The position numbers were made by a program, and so were the translations under genes. The notes beneath the pieces are model-generated. The model saw only the letters and a program-made list of their open reading frames with translations. It had not been told where the DNA came from and searched no databases. DNA of 63,894 nucleotides, filler included, from Chiloscyllium plagiosum (Eukaryota): NCBI RefSeq assembly GCF_004010195.1. It is 4 parts of one record of this genome, joined end to end, with 100 filler letters (N's around TTAATTAATTAA, not from the genome) between each part and the next. Parts side by side here need not be neighbours in the genome. Positions count along the whole stretch, not along the records: positions 1 to 25,494 come from NC_057713.1; 3 more parts are not named here. The stretch is one strand, 5' to 3'. Shown piece by piece: positions 1-11,672 of this stretch (the first letter of the stretch is position 1; each line of letters opens with the position of its first letter).

Positions 1-295
1 TTCTTGCAGTCTTCTGCAGTCTTCTTCTTGACCTCTCCGCCTCCGTCCTACTCCGACCTATCACCCTCACCTTGACCTCTTTCCACCTATCACATTTCCA
101 ACGCCCCTCCTCCAAGTCCCTCCTCCCTACCTTTTATCTTCTCCTGCTGAACACTCTCTGCTCATTCCTGAAGAAGGGCCTGTGCCCGAAACGTCGAATC
201 TCCTGTTCCCTGGATGCTGCCTGACCTGCTGTGCTGTTCCAGCAATAAAGTTTCAACTTTGATCTCCAGCATCTGCAGACCTCACTTTCTCCTCG
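1..295 (+). mobile_element. 3' end (pLTR) of Penelope-like element, family A
   Basis: Same sequence as the region following the GIY-YIG C-terminal ORF at 42842-43087; ends in ...CAGCATCTGCAGACCTCACTTTCTCC; carries a hammerhead motif. Confidence 0.8.
164..199 (+). ncRNA. Minimal type I hammerhead ribozyme (intact core)
   Basis: ATTC-CTGAAGA-A-GGGC-ctgt-GCCC-GAAA-CG-TC/GAAT: stem I ATTC:GAAT, CUGANGA, extra A after A9, 4-bp stem II, GAAA, palindromic ACGU stem III, GUC cleavage triplet. Confidence 0.8.
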
Positions 296-369
296 TCTTT
301 TTCCAGATGGCAGCTGGTGACTAGTGGACCTCCTCATGGGTCATTGTTAGGACCATAACTCTTGTTATA

Positions 370-1245
370 ACATTAACAATCTGGATAAAAGAACTGAGGC
401 CATTATTGCTAAATTCACAGATGACACCAAGATAGTTGAAAGGACAGGTAGTGTGGTGGGAAAAGGGAGGCTGCAGAAGGAATTGGACAGGTTCAGAAGG
501 TGGGCAATGAAGTAGCACATGGAATACAATGTGGGAAAGTGTGAGGTTGTGCATTTTGGCAGGAAGAAGAGGCATGGATTATTTTCTAAACAGGGAAAGA
601 CTTCAGAAATCTGAACACAAAGAGATTTGACAGTCCTAGTTCAATATTTCCTTAAGTTTAACATTCAGCTTCAGTTGGCAGTTAGGAAGGGAAATGCAAT
701 GTTAGCATTCATTTCAGGAGAGCGAGAAAACAGAAACAGACATGTAATACTGAGGCTGTGTAAAGCTCTGTTGAGACTTCATTTGGAATATTGTGAATAT
801 TTTGGGCCCTGTATCTAAGGATGGAAGTGTTGTCATTTGAGGGGGTCCAGAAGAGGTTTACATGAATGATCTTGGTGATGAACGGCTTGTCATATGAGGA
901 ACAGTTGAGGACTCGAGGTCTGTACTCCATGAAGTTTAGAAGGATGAAGGGGATCTCTTTGAAATTATTGAATACTGAGAGGCCTAGTAGAAGAGACTAG
1001 GGCACAGCCACAGGGTGAAGGGATGACTCTTTAGAGCTGAGATTAGTAGGAGTATTTTTAGCCAGAAGGTGATGAATCAATGGTGCAGACAGCTATGGAG
1101 TCCAAGTCATTGAATGTCTTTGAGACAGAGATATCTAAGTTTTTGATTAGTAAGGATATTAAAGGTTACAGGAAGAAGGAGAGTATAGTTGATAAACAGA
1201 TGTGATGAGTTTAATCTAATTCTGCTCCCATAGCTTATGATCTTA
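370..1245 (+). mobile_element. CR1-type LINE, degraded 3' fragment (RT C-terminus and tail)
   Basis: KFADDTK-like DNA and the peptide LCKALLRLHLEYC; tail ...CTAATTCTGCTCCCATAGCTTATGATCTTA. Confidence 0.85.
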
Positions 1246-1280
1246 AGGTATTATTGCTATCCAGTAGCCTGTAACTAGTA

Positions 1281-2205
1281 TAGTTAGTAAGTTAGCTGAT
1301 GAGACCAAAATTGGAGGTGTCGTGGACAGTGAAGAAGGTTATCTCAGAGTACAATGGATCTTGGTCAGATAGGCCAATGGGATGAGGAGTGGCAAATGGA
1401 GTTTAATTTAGATAAATGTGAAGTGCTGCATTTTGCAAAGGCAAATCAGGACAGGAATTATATACTTAATGGTAATGTCCTTGGGAGTGTTGCTGAACAA
1501 AGAGACCTTGGGGTGCAGGTTCAAAATTCCTTGAAAATAGAGTTGCAGGTAGATAGGATAGTCAAGAAGGCATTTGGTATGCTTTCCTTTATTGGTCAGA
1601 GTATTGAGTATAGGACTTGGGAGGTCATGTTGCGGTTGTACAGGACATTGGTTAGGCTACTTTTGAACACTACATGCAATTCTGATCTCCTTCCTATCAT
1701 GAGGATGTTGTGAAATGTAAAAGGGTTCTGAAAGTATTTACAAGGATGTTGCCAGGGTTGGAGAATTTGAGCTATAGGGAGAGGGTGAATAGGCTGTAAC
1801 TGTTTTCCCTGGGCCATTGGAGGCTGAGGGGTGCCGTTATAGCCACTGAAAAATCATGAGGGGTATGGATAGGGTAAATAGGCAAAGTCTTTTCCTTGGG
1901 ACGGCGAAGTTCAAAACTAGAGGACATAGGTTTAAGGTAAGAGAGGAAAGATTTAAAAGGGACCTGAGGGGCAACTTTTTCACAGAGGGTGGTGCATGTA
2001 TGGAATTAGCTGCCAGAGGAAGTGGTGGAGGCTGGTACAATTGCAACATTTAAAAGACATCTGAATGGTTATAAGATTAGGAAGGGTTTAGAGGGATATG
2101 GGTCAAGTGCTGGCAAATGGGACTAGATTAGTTTAGGATACCTGGTTGGCATGGATGAATAGGACTGAAGAGTCTGTTTCTGTGCTGTACATCTCCATGA
2201 CTCTA
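1281..2205 (+). mobile_element. CR1-type LINE 3' fragment
   Basis: ORFs WDEEWQMEFNLDKCEVLHF, RDLGVQV, LYRTLVR, TRGHRFK; tail CATGACTCTA. Confidence 0.9.
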
Positions 2206-3255
2206 TTAGATTGCCATAAGGAGCATAATTATTTATAAGATATTAATGATTTGGATGAAGGAAGCAAATACTGTTGTCAAATTTGCAAATGACACAGAAG
2301 TTGTGGGAACGAAAGTGGTGAGAATGACACAGAAGTCCGAATGTTATGGTTTTTATTTGGTCTGTGTCAATTTCATCTGGTTTCAAAGAGAGTATCACTC
2401 CATGAGTGTCTTGCAAAAGTTATCAAACTCATCTCATTAACTACCTATCCTGTCCCAATGGTACCCATTCACATGACTGTACAATCTGGCATTCCCAGAA
2501 GAACTTTCAGCTGACTGGACATCCCGCAAACACCAGCATTCCCAGTGCTGATTTGCACCCTTATGAATACTGGCTTTCCAAACCTGCCGCACTCCTTGAA
2601 AGATAGTCACTGCCAAGATGTTAAAGAAGGAAAAATTGATGACACATTTATTTTACAGGTGGAGGTCCTGGTGGACAAAGTGATCCAAAGAAGGGGCGAG
2701 TTCTTCCCAGAAGACTGCAGAGGATTGACCACTCAGGCATTGCAACTGGACTGTAATCTTCACCAGTACCAGTGCGATATCCGGGGTCTGGAGAATGACC
2801 ATCAGTGCTCAATAAGTTAAGTCACCGTTTTGCTCCACCAGCATAGAGGCACAGTCTTCTTTCTGCTTCCTCACATTCAATCTATCTCTGCTACTGTATC
2901 GAGTAGAGATTTTAGAGATTTTGGAAACATACTGTTACAGCTTCACAGTTGGCTGAGGAAGAGACACCCCGAGCCGCTGGAATTCAGAGTATTGCCAGAG
3001 ACCAAAAACATTCTCAACCCACAGGCAGGAGAGGATTCTGTTGTGTCAGCAGTCAGAGACTTATTACAAACTCACAGGGAGGACAGGTATGGGCTTTCAT
3101 AACCCAGACTCCATAAACAATATTATGGAGTCCTAGCTTCCTTAAGCACGCGATTGAATGGCTGCTTCTATATTCAGGTTGGCAGCTACAATGGGGAGCT
3201 GGAAATGTGTTGCTGGAAAAGCGCAGCAGGTCAGGCAGCATCCAGGGAACAGGAG

Positions 3256-3291
3256 ATTCGACATTTCGGGCTTAAGCCCTTCTTCAGGAAT
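3256..3291 (-). ncRNA. Minimal hammerhead motif (family A)
   Basis: Reverse complement ATTC-CTGAAGA-A-GGGC-ttaa-GCCC-GAAA-TG-TC/GAAT; C>T in stem III. Confidence 0.65.
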
Positions 3292-3484
3292 GGGGAAAGT
3301 TTGTCCAGCAGGCTAAGATAAAAGATAGGGAGGAAGGACTTGGGAGAGGGGCATCGGAAATGTGATAGGTGGAAAGAGGTCAAGGTGNNNNNNNNNNNNN
3401 NNNNNNNNNNNNNNNNNNNNNNNNNNNNNNNNNNNNNNNNNNNNNNNNNNNNNNNNNNNNNNNNNNNNNNNNNNNNNNNNNNNN

Positions 3485-4537
3485 CAGTTACACACTGAGT
3501 GACCATCACCCTGCTGAATAAACACATCCCAGTACAGTTACACACTGGGTGATCCTCACCCTGCTGAATTAACATATCCCAGTACAGTTACACAGTGAGT
3601 GACCTTACACACTGAGTGACCATCACCCTGCTGAATAAACACATCCCAGTACAGTTACACAGTGGGTGATCCTCACCCTGCTGAATTAACATATCCCAGT
3701 ACGGTTACACAGTGAGTGACCCTTACCCTGCGGAATAAATACAACCCAGTACTGTTACACAGTGAGTGGCCCTCATCCTGTTGAATGAACACATCCCAGT
3801 ACAGTTACACAGTGAGTAACTCTCACCCTGCTGAATATACACATCCTAGTACAGTGACACAGTGAGTGACTCTCACCCTGCTGAATTAACACATCCCAGT
3901 TATGTTCCACAGTGAGTGACCATCACCCTGCTGAAAAAACACATCCCAGTACAGTTACACAGTGAGTGACCGTCACCCTGCTGTATAAACACATCCACGT
4001 ACAGTTACACAGTGAGTGACCCTTACCCTGCTGAATAAACACATCCCAGTACAGTTACACAGTGAGTGACCCTTACCCTGCTGCANNTGAGTGACCCTTA
4101 CCCTGCTGCATAAACACATCCACGTACAGTTACACAGTGAGTGACCGTCACCCTGCTGAATAAACACATCCCAGTGCAGTGATATAGTGAGTGACTCTCA
4201 CCCTGCTGAATAAACACATCCCTGTACAGTGACACAGCGAGCGACTATCATCCTGTTGAACAAACACATCCCAGTACAGTTACACAGTGAGTGACTCTCA
4301 CCCTGCTGAATAATCCCATGCCAGTACAGTTACACAGTGAGTGACCCTTACCCTGCTGAATAAACACATCCCAGTACAGTGACACAGTGAGTGACCCTTA
4401 CCCTGCAGCATAAATACATCCCTGCGCAGACACACAGTGAGTGACCCTCACCCAGCGGAATAAACACATCCCAGTACAATGATACAGTGACGCTCACTTT
4501 GCTGAATAAACACATCCCAGTACCGTGAGACAGAGAG
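3485..4537. repeat. 50-bp minisatellite, ~21 copies
   Basis: Unit CCCAGTACAGTTACACAGTGAGTGACCCTCACCCTGCTGAATAAACACAT; AGTGAGTGAC recurs at 3961, 4011, 4061. Confidence 0.95.
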
Positions 4538-4615
4538 CCTATCACATTTCCGACGCCCCTCTCCCAAGTCCCTCCTCCCTACCTTTTATCTTAGCCTGCT
4601 GGACAAACTTTCCCC

Positions 4616-4650
4616 ATTCCTGAAGAAGGGCTTAAGCCCGAAATGTCGAT
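4616..4650 (+). ncRNA. Minimal hammerhead motif (family A)
   Basis: ATTC-CTGAAGA-A-GGGC-ttaa-GCCC-GAAA-TG-TC/GAT. Confidence 0.65.
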
Positions 4651-5625
4651 TCTCCTGTTCCCTGGATGCTGCCTGACCTGCTGCGCTTTTCCAGCAACAC
4701 ATTTCCAGCTCTGATCTCCAGCATTCTCAGACCTCACTTTCTCCTCAAAGCTACAATGGGGAGCCAGGCTCAGCATCCACACGAGCTGGCAGATATGCAC
4801 ATTAATCTCCATTCCATCACCTCACCTAGGGGTCATCACTGAAGGCAAGGCAATAGTGGGAAGAGATCTCATTCTAGGTGCTTCCTCCTCACAAGAAGAT
4901 TGGGAAGTGGCAGGTGATACCCAGAGGAAGGAAGAACCATACACAGACCCTCAGAAGTCTCCATTCAAGACAGAGCTTGGAAGTTCAAGCTGTTCTACAC
5001 CCAAACCCCACATGCTGCTTGTTAGTATCTCTGAAAAAATGTTTTTTTTTTCTATTAATTTATTCTCTGTTCATCTTAAATAATATTATTCCTAGTTTCC
5101 ACTGGAACAGAATGCCATATGGTCAAGTTAGCCATTATCTGGGTGCCTGAGTGAAGAAATGGACAGGTTAGATAACTACGAAAACCTAGAAACAAGCAAA
5201 AACTGATCAAAAGTTTTGAAAGTATTTGACAGTTCAGGAATACTAACTCAATTTCACAGTTGTAAAATTTCATTGGCAGTATGCTGCAGGGTAAGAGAGC
5301 AAACATGTTCTGTGACTGGCACTGGGTACTCATCTGCAACAGCTGTAAAGGCAAACCCGCTTTTACTGCCTGCACACTTTTCTGACAGAGAGGCTGAAGG
5401 GAGTCTTACAGGTAAACAGTAATTAAATATTATTAGATCAAGACCGTATCAGATAAACAGAAGTGACTCATAATATGCCAAGAAGAGTGTAAGTCTGAGG
5501 ATGGAGTAAATTTTACGATTCAGCCAAACAAGAAAGTATGAGCAGACTAGCAATATGCATAAGAATTGATTACAAATTCTCCTATTGCTATGTAAGTAGG
5601 AAGACATGGTGGCATGCTTTCCTAT

Positions 5626-7135
5626 AAGACAGTAAGACATGGGAGCAGAAATTAGGCCATTCGGCCCATTGAATCTGGTCTGTCATTCAATCATGGCCGA
5701 TGGGTTTTTCATCCCATTTTCCCATTTTTTCTCCCTGTAACCTTTGATCCACTTGGCAAATGAGAACTAAACTATCTCTGTTTTAAATATACTCAATGAT
5801 TTGGTCTCCACAGCCTTCAGTGGCAATGATTCCACAGATTTGAACTCTCTGGCTAAAGAAGTTTCTCCTTATCTCCATTCTAAAAGGTCTTTCGTTTATT
5901 CTAAGGCTGTGCCCTCAGGTGCTCGTCTCTCCTGCCAATGGAAACATCTTCCCAATGACCACTCTGTCCAAGCCATGCAGTATTCTGTAAGTATCAATCA
6001 ACTCCCTCCTCATCCTTCTAAACTCCATTGAGTATAGTGCCACAATCCTGAAATGTGCCTCATATGTTAAGCCTTTCATTCCTGGGATCATTCTCGTAAA
6101 CCTCCTCTGGACCCGCTCCAGGGTCAATATATCCTTCCTGAGGTATGGGGCCCAAAACTGTTCACAATATTTTAAATGTGGTCTGACCAGAGTCTCATAA
6201 AGCCCCCCACTTTTATATTCTAGTCCTCTCAAGATGAATCAAAACATTGTATTTGCCTTCCTAACTACTAACCCAACCCACAAGTTTACACTGAGAAGCC
6301 TAGACTAGAATTCCCAAATCCCTTTGCACTTCAGATTTCTGAACTTTCTCCCCATTTAGAAAACAGTCCATGCCTCTAATCTTCCTACCAAACTGCATGA
6401 CCTCACACTTTCCCACATTGTAGTTCATCTGTCACTTCTTTGCCCACACTCCTAACCGTTTTAAATATTTCTTCAACCTCCCCGCCTTCTCAATACCACC
6501 TGCCCCTCCACTTATCTTTGTATCATCTACAAACTTAGCCAAACTGCCCTCACTTCCTTCATCTGGATCATTAATGTATAAAGTGAAAAACTGTGGCTCC
6601 AACATCAACTCTTGTGGAACACCACCGGTCACCGGCTTCTATCCTGAGAAGGACCCTTTTATCCCTATTCTCTGCCTTCTGCCAGACAGCTAATCTTCTA
6701 TCCATGCTAGTATCTGGTTTCTAATACCATGGCCCCTTATCTTATTCAGCAGCCTCCTATGCGGTACCTTATCAAAGGCCTTCTGGAAGTCTAGATAGGT
6801 AACATCCACTGGTTCTCCTTGGTCTAACCAGCTCATTAACTCCTCAAAGAATTCTAACAGATTTGTCAGGCATGACCTCCCTTTGATGAAACCATGCTGA
6901 TTTTATCCTATTTTACCAAATATTCATAAATCTCATCCTTCACAATGGACTCCAAATCTTACCTGAGGTCAGGCAAATCAGCCTGTAATCTCTTGTCTTT
7001 TGCCTTGCTCCCTTCTTAAACAGGGGGGTTACATTAGTGATTTTCCAGTCCGCTGGGACCTCCCTGACTCCAGTGATACCTGAAAGACCATTACTAAAGC
7101 CTGCTTATCTCTTCAGCTATCTCCCTTAGAACTCT
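5626..7135 (-). mobile_element. CR1-type LINE ORF2/3' end; continues at 8635-9725 beyond a nested insertion
   Basis: Minus ORFs LYETLVRPHLKYCEQFWAP and GVPQELMLEP..KFVDDTK; sequence ...TTAGAACTCT resumes as GAGGGTGTAACCCACC after 8634. Confidence 0.88.
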
Positions 7136-8634
7136 TTGCTGAGAGTTGCGAGAGAGGAGCGAAGGACTTCTGGGAAGTCATATATTTGTGTGGTTGCGTT
7201 ACCCGAAACACTACTCGGGTAGTGTCTCCCACCCATCCTCCTCCTCTAACCAAAACAAAAGGGCTCTGTGCGCCAGATTGGTAAGGTAACAAGTTTATTT
7301 TTTATTCCTTATTTTTTTAACAGTCTCTTTGGGAATTTAGAATAGTGGGAATGGAGGTGAGGGCAGGTGAATGTTCCTCCTGCAGAATGTGGGAGGTAAG
7401 CGTCACCACTAGTGTCCCTGCTCACTACATCTGCGGGAAGTGCACCCAACTCCAGCTCCTTGAAAACCGCGTTAGGGAGCTGGAGCTAGAGCTGGATGAA
7501 CTTTGGATCATTCGGGAGGTTATTGAGAGGAGTTACAGGGAGGTAGTCACTCCTCAGATACAAGGAAAAGGCAGATGGGTTACAGTCAGGGGACGGAAAG
7601 GGAACCGGCTGGCAGTGCAAGGATCCCCTGTGGCCATTCCCCTCAAAAATAAGTATACTGTTTTGGATACTGTTGGGGGGGATGACTTACCAGAGGAAAG
7701 CAGTTGGGCACAGGGCTCTGACACAGAATCTGTCCCTGCTGCTCAGAAAGGAAGGAGGAAGAGGAGCAGAGTAGTAGTCATTGGGGACTCCATAGTTAGG
7801 GGGACAGATAGGAGGTTCTGTGGGGACGAGAGAGACTCACGGTTGGTGTGTTGCCTCCCAGGTGCCAGGGTTCGTGATGTCTTTGATCGTGCTTTTGGGA
7901 TCCTTAATGGGGAGGGGGAGCAGCCCCAAGTCATGGTCCACATAGGCACCAATGACATAGGTAGGAAGAGAGATGGGGATTTAAAGCAGAAATTCAGGGA
8001 GCTAGGATGGACAGAGTTGTCTCTTAGAGTTAGGACGAACAGAGTTGTTGTCTCTGGTTTGATGCTCGTGCCACATGCTCGTGATGCGAGGAATAGGGAG
8101 AGAGAGGAGTTGAACATGTGGCTACAGGGATGGTGCAGGAGGGAGGGTTTTGGATTCTTGGATAATTGGGGCTCTTTCTGGGGTAGGTGGGACCTCTACA
8201 AGCAGAATGGTCTTCATCTAAACCAGAGGGGTACCAGTATCCTGGGGGGGATATTAGCTAAGGCTATTGGGGTGGGTTGAGAGCTGACTTAATAGAGACA
8301 TATAAGATAATCAGAGGGTTAGACAGGGTGGACAGGGACAGCCATTTTCCGAGTATGGTGACGGCGAGCATGAGGGGGCATAGCTTTAAACTGAGGGGTA
8401 AAAGATATAGGACAGATGTCAGAGGTAGTTTCTTTACTCAGAGACTAGTAAGGGTATGGAATGCTTTGCCTGCAATGGTAGTAGATTCGCCAACTTTAAG
8501 TACATTTAAGTCATCATTGGCCAACCATATGGACGTATGGAATAGTGTAGGTTAGATGGGCTTCAGATTGGTATGACAGATTGGCTCAATATTGAGGGCC
8601 GAAGGGCCTGTACTGCGCTGTAATGTTCTATGTT
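7136..8634 (+). mobile_element. Internally deleted CR1 element: 5'UTR, ORF1 and 3' tail; ORF2 almost entirely lost
   Basis: ORF1 runs directly into the ORF2 C-terminus (RADLIETYKII..RGHSFKL..FFTQR) and tail TAATGTTCTATG; nested in the minus-strand CR1. Confidence 0.8.
7351..8280 (+). CDS. CR1 ORF1 protein (zinc finger/leucine zipper plus SGNH esterase-like domain)
   Basis: CSSC..CGKC followed by LENRVRELELELDEL; SGNH blocks VIGDSIVR, CLPGA, VHIGTND, NGLHLN; uninterrupted ~309 codons from ATG 7351. Confidence 0.85.
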   Translation: MEVRAGECSSCRMWEVSVTTSVPAHYICGKCTQLQLLENRVRELELELDELWIIREVIERSYREVVTPQIQGKGRWVTVRGRKGNRLAVQGSPVAIPLKNKYTVLDTVGGDDLPEESSWAQGSDTESVPAAQKGRRKRSRVVVIGDSIVRGTDRRFCGDERDSRLVCCLPGARVRDVFDRAFGILNGEGEQPQVMVHIGTNDIGRKRDGDLKQKFRELGWTELSLRVRTNRVVVSGLMLVPHARDARNREREELNMWLQGWCRREGFGFLDNWGSFWGRWDLYKQNGLHLNQRGTSILGGILAKAIGVG

Positions 8635-9725
8635 TGAGGGTGTAACCCACCTGTTCCAGGTGATTCATCCACTCTCAGACCTTTCAGTTTTTCTAGCACC
8701 TTCTCCTTGGTGATGGCTACCATACTCAGCTCTGCCCTCCCCTCCCACACACGCACTCTTGAATTTTTGGGACATTATTCATGTCTTTCACCATGAAGAC
8801 TGACGGAAAGTACTTATCACTTCCTCGGCCATTTCTTTATTCCCCATTACTACTTCTCCAGCATCATTTCCAGCAGTTCAATGTCCATTTTTGCCTCTCT
8901 TTTGCCCTTTATATATCTAAAGAGACTCTTGCAATCTTTCCTAATATTACTGGCGCACTTACCCTCATATTTAATCTTCTCCCTCCTTTTTTTGTTGTCC
9001 TCTGTTGGTCTTTGTAGGCTTCCCAATCCTCTTGCTTCACATTGCCCTTTGCCACATTATATGCCTTCTCTTTTGCTTTTATGCTGTCCCTGACTTCCCT
9101 GGTCAGCTGTGGTTGCCTCATCCTCCCTTTATTGCTTATTTTTCCTCGGGATGGATTTTTGCTGTGTCTCTTGAAATACTCCCAGAAACTCCTGCCATTG
9201 TTGTGCCAATATCTTTCCTCCTAGCCTCCTCTCCCAGTCAATTCTGGTCAGCTCCTCAATCATGCCTCTGTAATTGCCTTTATTCAACTGAAAAACTGTT
9301 ACATCTGATTCCACCTTCTTCCTTTCAAACTACAGAATAATTTTATCATATTATCACTTCCTCCTAAGAGTTCCTTCACCTTAAGCAAAGACTGCCTCAT
9401 TGCACAACACTAAATCCAGACTTGCCTGTTTCCTAGTGGGCTCCACCACAAACTGCTCCACAAAGCCATCTTGTAAACATTCCACAAACTCGTTTTCTTG
9501 GATTCCACTACCCAACCTGGTTTTCCAGTCCAACTATATATTGAAATTACCCATGATCACTGTAACCTTGCCTTTCCTGTATGTCTTTTCTATATCTGAG
9601 AACTGTTTGAAGGCTTGTCGATAACTCCCATCATGGTTTTCTTACCTTTGCGGTCCCTCAACTCTAACCACAAAGATTCTGCGTCATCTTATCCGACTTT
9701 GTTTATTGCTATTGATTTAAATTCA
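8635..9725 (-). mobile_element. CR1 LINE ORF2 fragment (endonuclease/linker), 5' continuation of 5626-7135
   Basis: Minus ORFs LNKGNYRGMIEELTRIDW and QPQLTREVRDSIKAKEKAY. Confidence 0.85.
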
Positions 9726-9727
9726 TT

Positions 9728-10877
9728 GTGGCTGTTATCTACCTAGACTTCCAAAAGGCCTTTGATAAGGTGCCTCACAGGAGGCTGCTGATTAAAGTGT
9801 GGGCTCATGGTGTTCGAGGTGAGCTTCTGGCATGGATTGACAGAAGGCAGAGATTTGGGATAAAAGGTTCTTTTTCGGAATGGCAGCTAGTGGTAAGTGG
9901 TGTCCTGCGGGGTACAGTGTTGGGGCCGCAGCTGTTCACTTTATGTATTAGTGATCTGGAAGAAGGGACTGGGGGCATTCTGGCGAAGTTTGCTGATGAT
10001 GTTAAGTGGACAAGCAGGTAGTACTGAGGAGGAGGGGAGGTGATAGAAAGACAATTTAGGAGAGCAGTCCTCATGGTTGATATGCGAGGTTTGCATTTTG
10101 GAAAAAAGAATACAGGCATGGACTATTTTCTAAACGGTGAGAAAATTCGTAAAGCCAAAGTACAAAAGGATCTGGGAGTGCTAGTACAGGATTATCTAAA
10201 GGTTGACTTGCAGGTTGAGTCCGTGGTTAAGAAAGCAAATGTGATGTTGTCATTTATCGCAAGACGGTTGGAATGTAAAAGCAGTGGCATGCTTCTGAGA
10301 CATTATAAAGCTCTTGTTAGGCCCCATTTAGAATATTGTGTCCGGTTTTGGGCCCCACACTTCAGGAAGGACATACTGGCACTGGAGTATGTGCAGCGGA
10401 TATTGACACGGATGATCCCTGGAATGGTAGGCCTAACATACGAGGAACGGCTAAGGATCCTGGGATTGTATTCATTAGAGTTTAGAAAGTTGAGGGGAGA
10501 TCTAAGAGAAACTTACAAGATAATTCATGGCTTAGAAAGGTTGGACGTAGGGAAATTGTTTCCATCAGGCAGGGATACTAGAACCCGTAGGCACAGCCTT
10601 AGAATTAGTGGGGGTCAATTTAGAACGGAAATGAGGAGACATTTCTTCAGCCAGAGTGGTGGGCCTGTGGAATTCATTGCTTCGGAGCGCAGTGAAGGTC
10701 GGGACATTAAATGTCTTCAAGGCAGAGATTGATAACTTTTTAATCTTGCAAGGAATTAAGGGCTCTGGGGAGAGTGCAGGTAAGTGGCATTGAAATGCTC
10801 ATTAGCCATGATTAAATGGTGCAGTGGACTTGATGGGATGAATGGCCTTACTTCCACTCCTATATCTTATGGTCTTA
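9728..10877 (+). mobile_element. CR1 LINE RT/3' fragment
   Basis: YLDFQKAFDKVPH, SGVLRGTVLGPQLF, KFADD, YKALVRPHLEYC; tail ATCTTATGGTCTTA. Confidence 0.92.
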
Positions 10878-11609
10878 TTTTTCACTCACAAGCAACCTAT
10901 GTATTGTAGATTTTTTTTCTTTTTCTTTCTTCATCTTTGAGGCTGAGTTTTATAGGCATGGTAGCGCCTGCAGTGCTGGTGGCATGGATTGGGGTTCTTG
11001 GTAGCAGCAGTGCCCAGAGCGGAGACGCCTGGCTGCGGTAAACCTGGAGCCTGGAGTAATTGCGGCTCCTGGAATGGGGACTCTTTGCTGAGTTAGGCTT
11101 GGGAGTGGGGAATCTTGGTGGTGTTGATGGGGCAGCGGAGAGCCAAGGTCTCTCGAGGCATCGGTGTTGTTGTTGCTATACCTGGAGGAACGATGCCTTG
11201 ATGCCTGGAACACCTTGCAGAAGCCTTGAAGGCTGCTTGAGACCCAATTTCAACATAAGATGAACTCTAAATCATTTAATTTTATTCTTTCTATGACTCA
11301 AAATAGTGCATGATTGTGGCGACAAAACACTTTCCACTGTATCTTCCTAAATATCTGACAATGAAACCATTCATTCAATCATTAATTGCAGAAAGATAAG
11401 CAATTAGCAAAGATATTAAAATAAATAACTCCCAATATTTCTTCCTTTCAAGTAGCACCCCTCAGGTCCCGCCCATAGGCCACAAGCCCCGCCCCCCGGT
11501 ACTAGGCCCCGCCCAAGCACGTCGGTTCCCGCCCATCCCACTCAGGGTCCCGCGCTCACGTTCCAAGCTCCTCGTCCCCGCCATCTGTCTTCCGAAACGC
11601 GGGCCCAAC

Positions 11610-11619
11610 TGCGCATGCG
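11610..11619 (+). promoter_or_regulatory. NRF1-type site
   Basis: TGCGCATGCG matches the NRF1 consensus. Confidence 0.7.
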
Positions 11620-11652
11620 GACCGGATCACGGGCTCTTCCGTGTTGGGAGGA

Positions 11653-11672
11653 ACTACAATTCCCAGAATGCA
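11653..11672 (+). promoter_or_regulatory. ACTACA-extended ZNF143 (SBS)/THAP11 motif
   Basis: ACTACAATTCCCAGAATGCA matches the conserved vertebrate ACTAYRnnnCCCR/SBS promoter motif. Confidence 0.85.

Larger units (their letters stand above)
3200..4748. mobile_element. Composite Penelope-like insertion: inverted pLTR, gap, minisatellite, pLTR, with 16-bp TSD
   Basis: ~3200-3370 is the reverse complement of ~4538-4710; AGCTACAATGGGGAGC is directly repeated at 3184-3199 and 4749-4764. Confidence 0.7.

Noticed and set aside
3485..4537. Regular array resembling a CRISPR
   Set aside because: The whole 50-bp unit repeats with no unique spacers, no cas genes, and the context is vertebrate: a minisatellite.
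7201..7232. GAAA-stem-UC resembling a hammerhead half
   Set aside because: No CUGANGA core in a compatible position on either side; kept only as a UTR hairpin.
10040..10732. 230-aa ORF as a host gene
   Set aside because: C-terminal part of CR1 ORF2 in a truncated copy.
10910..11385. GC-rich segment upstream of the promoter as a divergent exon
   Set aside because: Ends in an L2-like (CATT)n tail and has no recognisable protein; more likely a retroposon.
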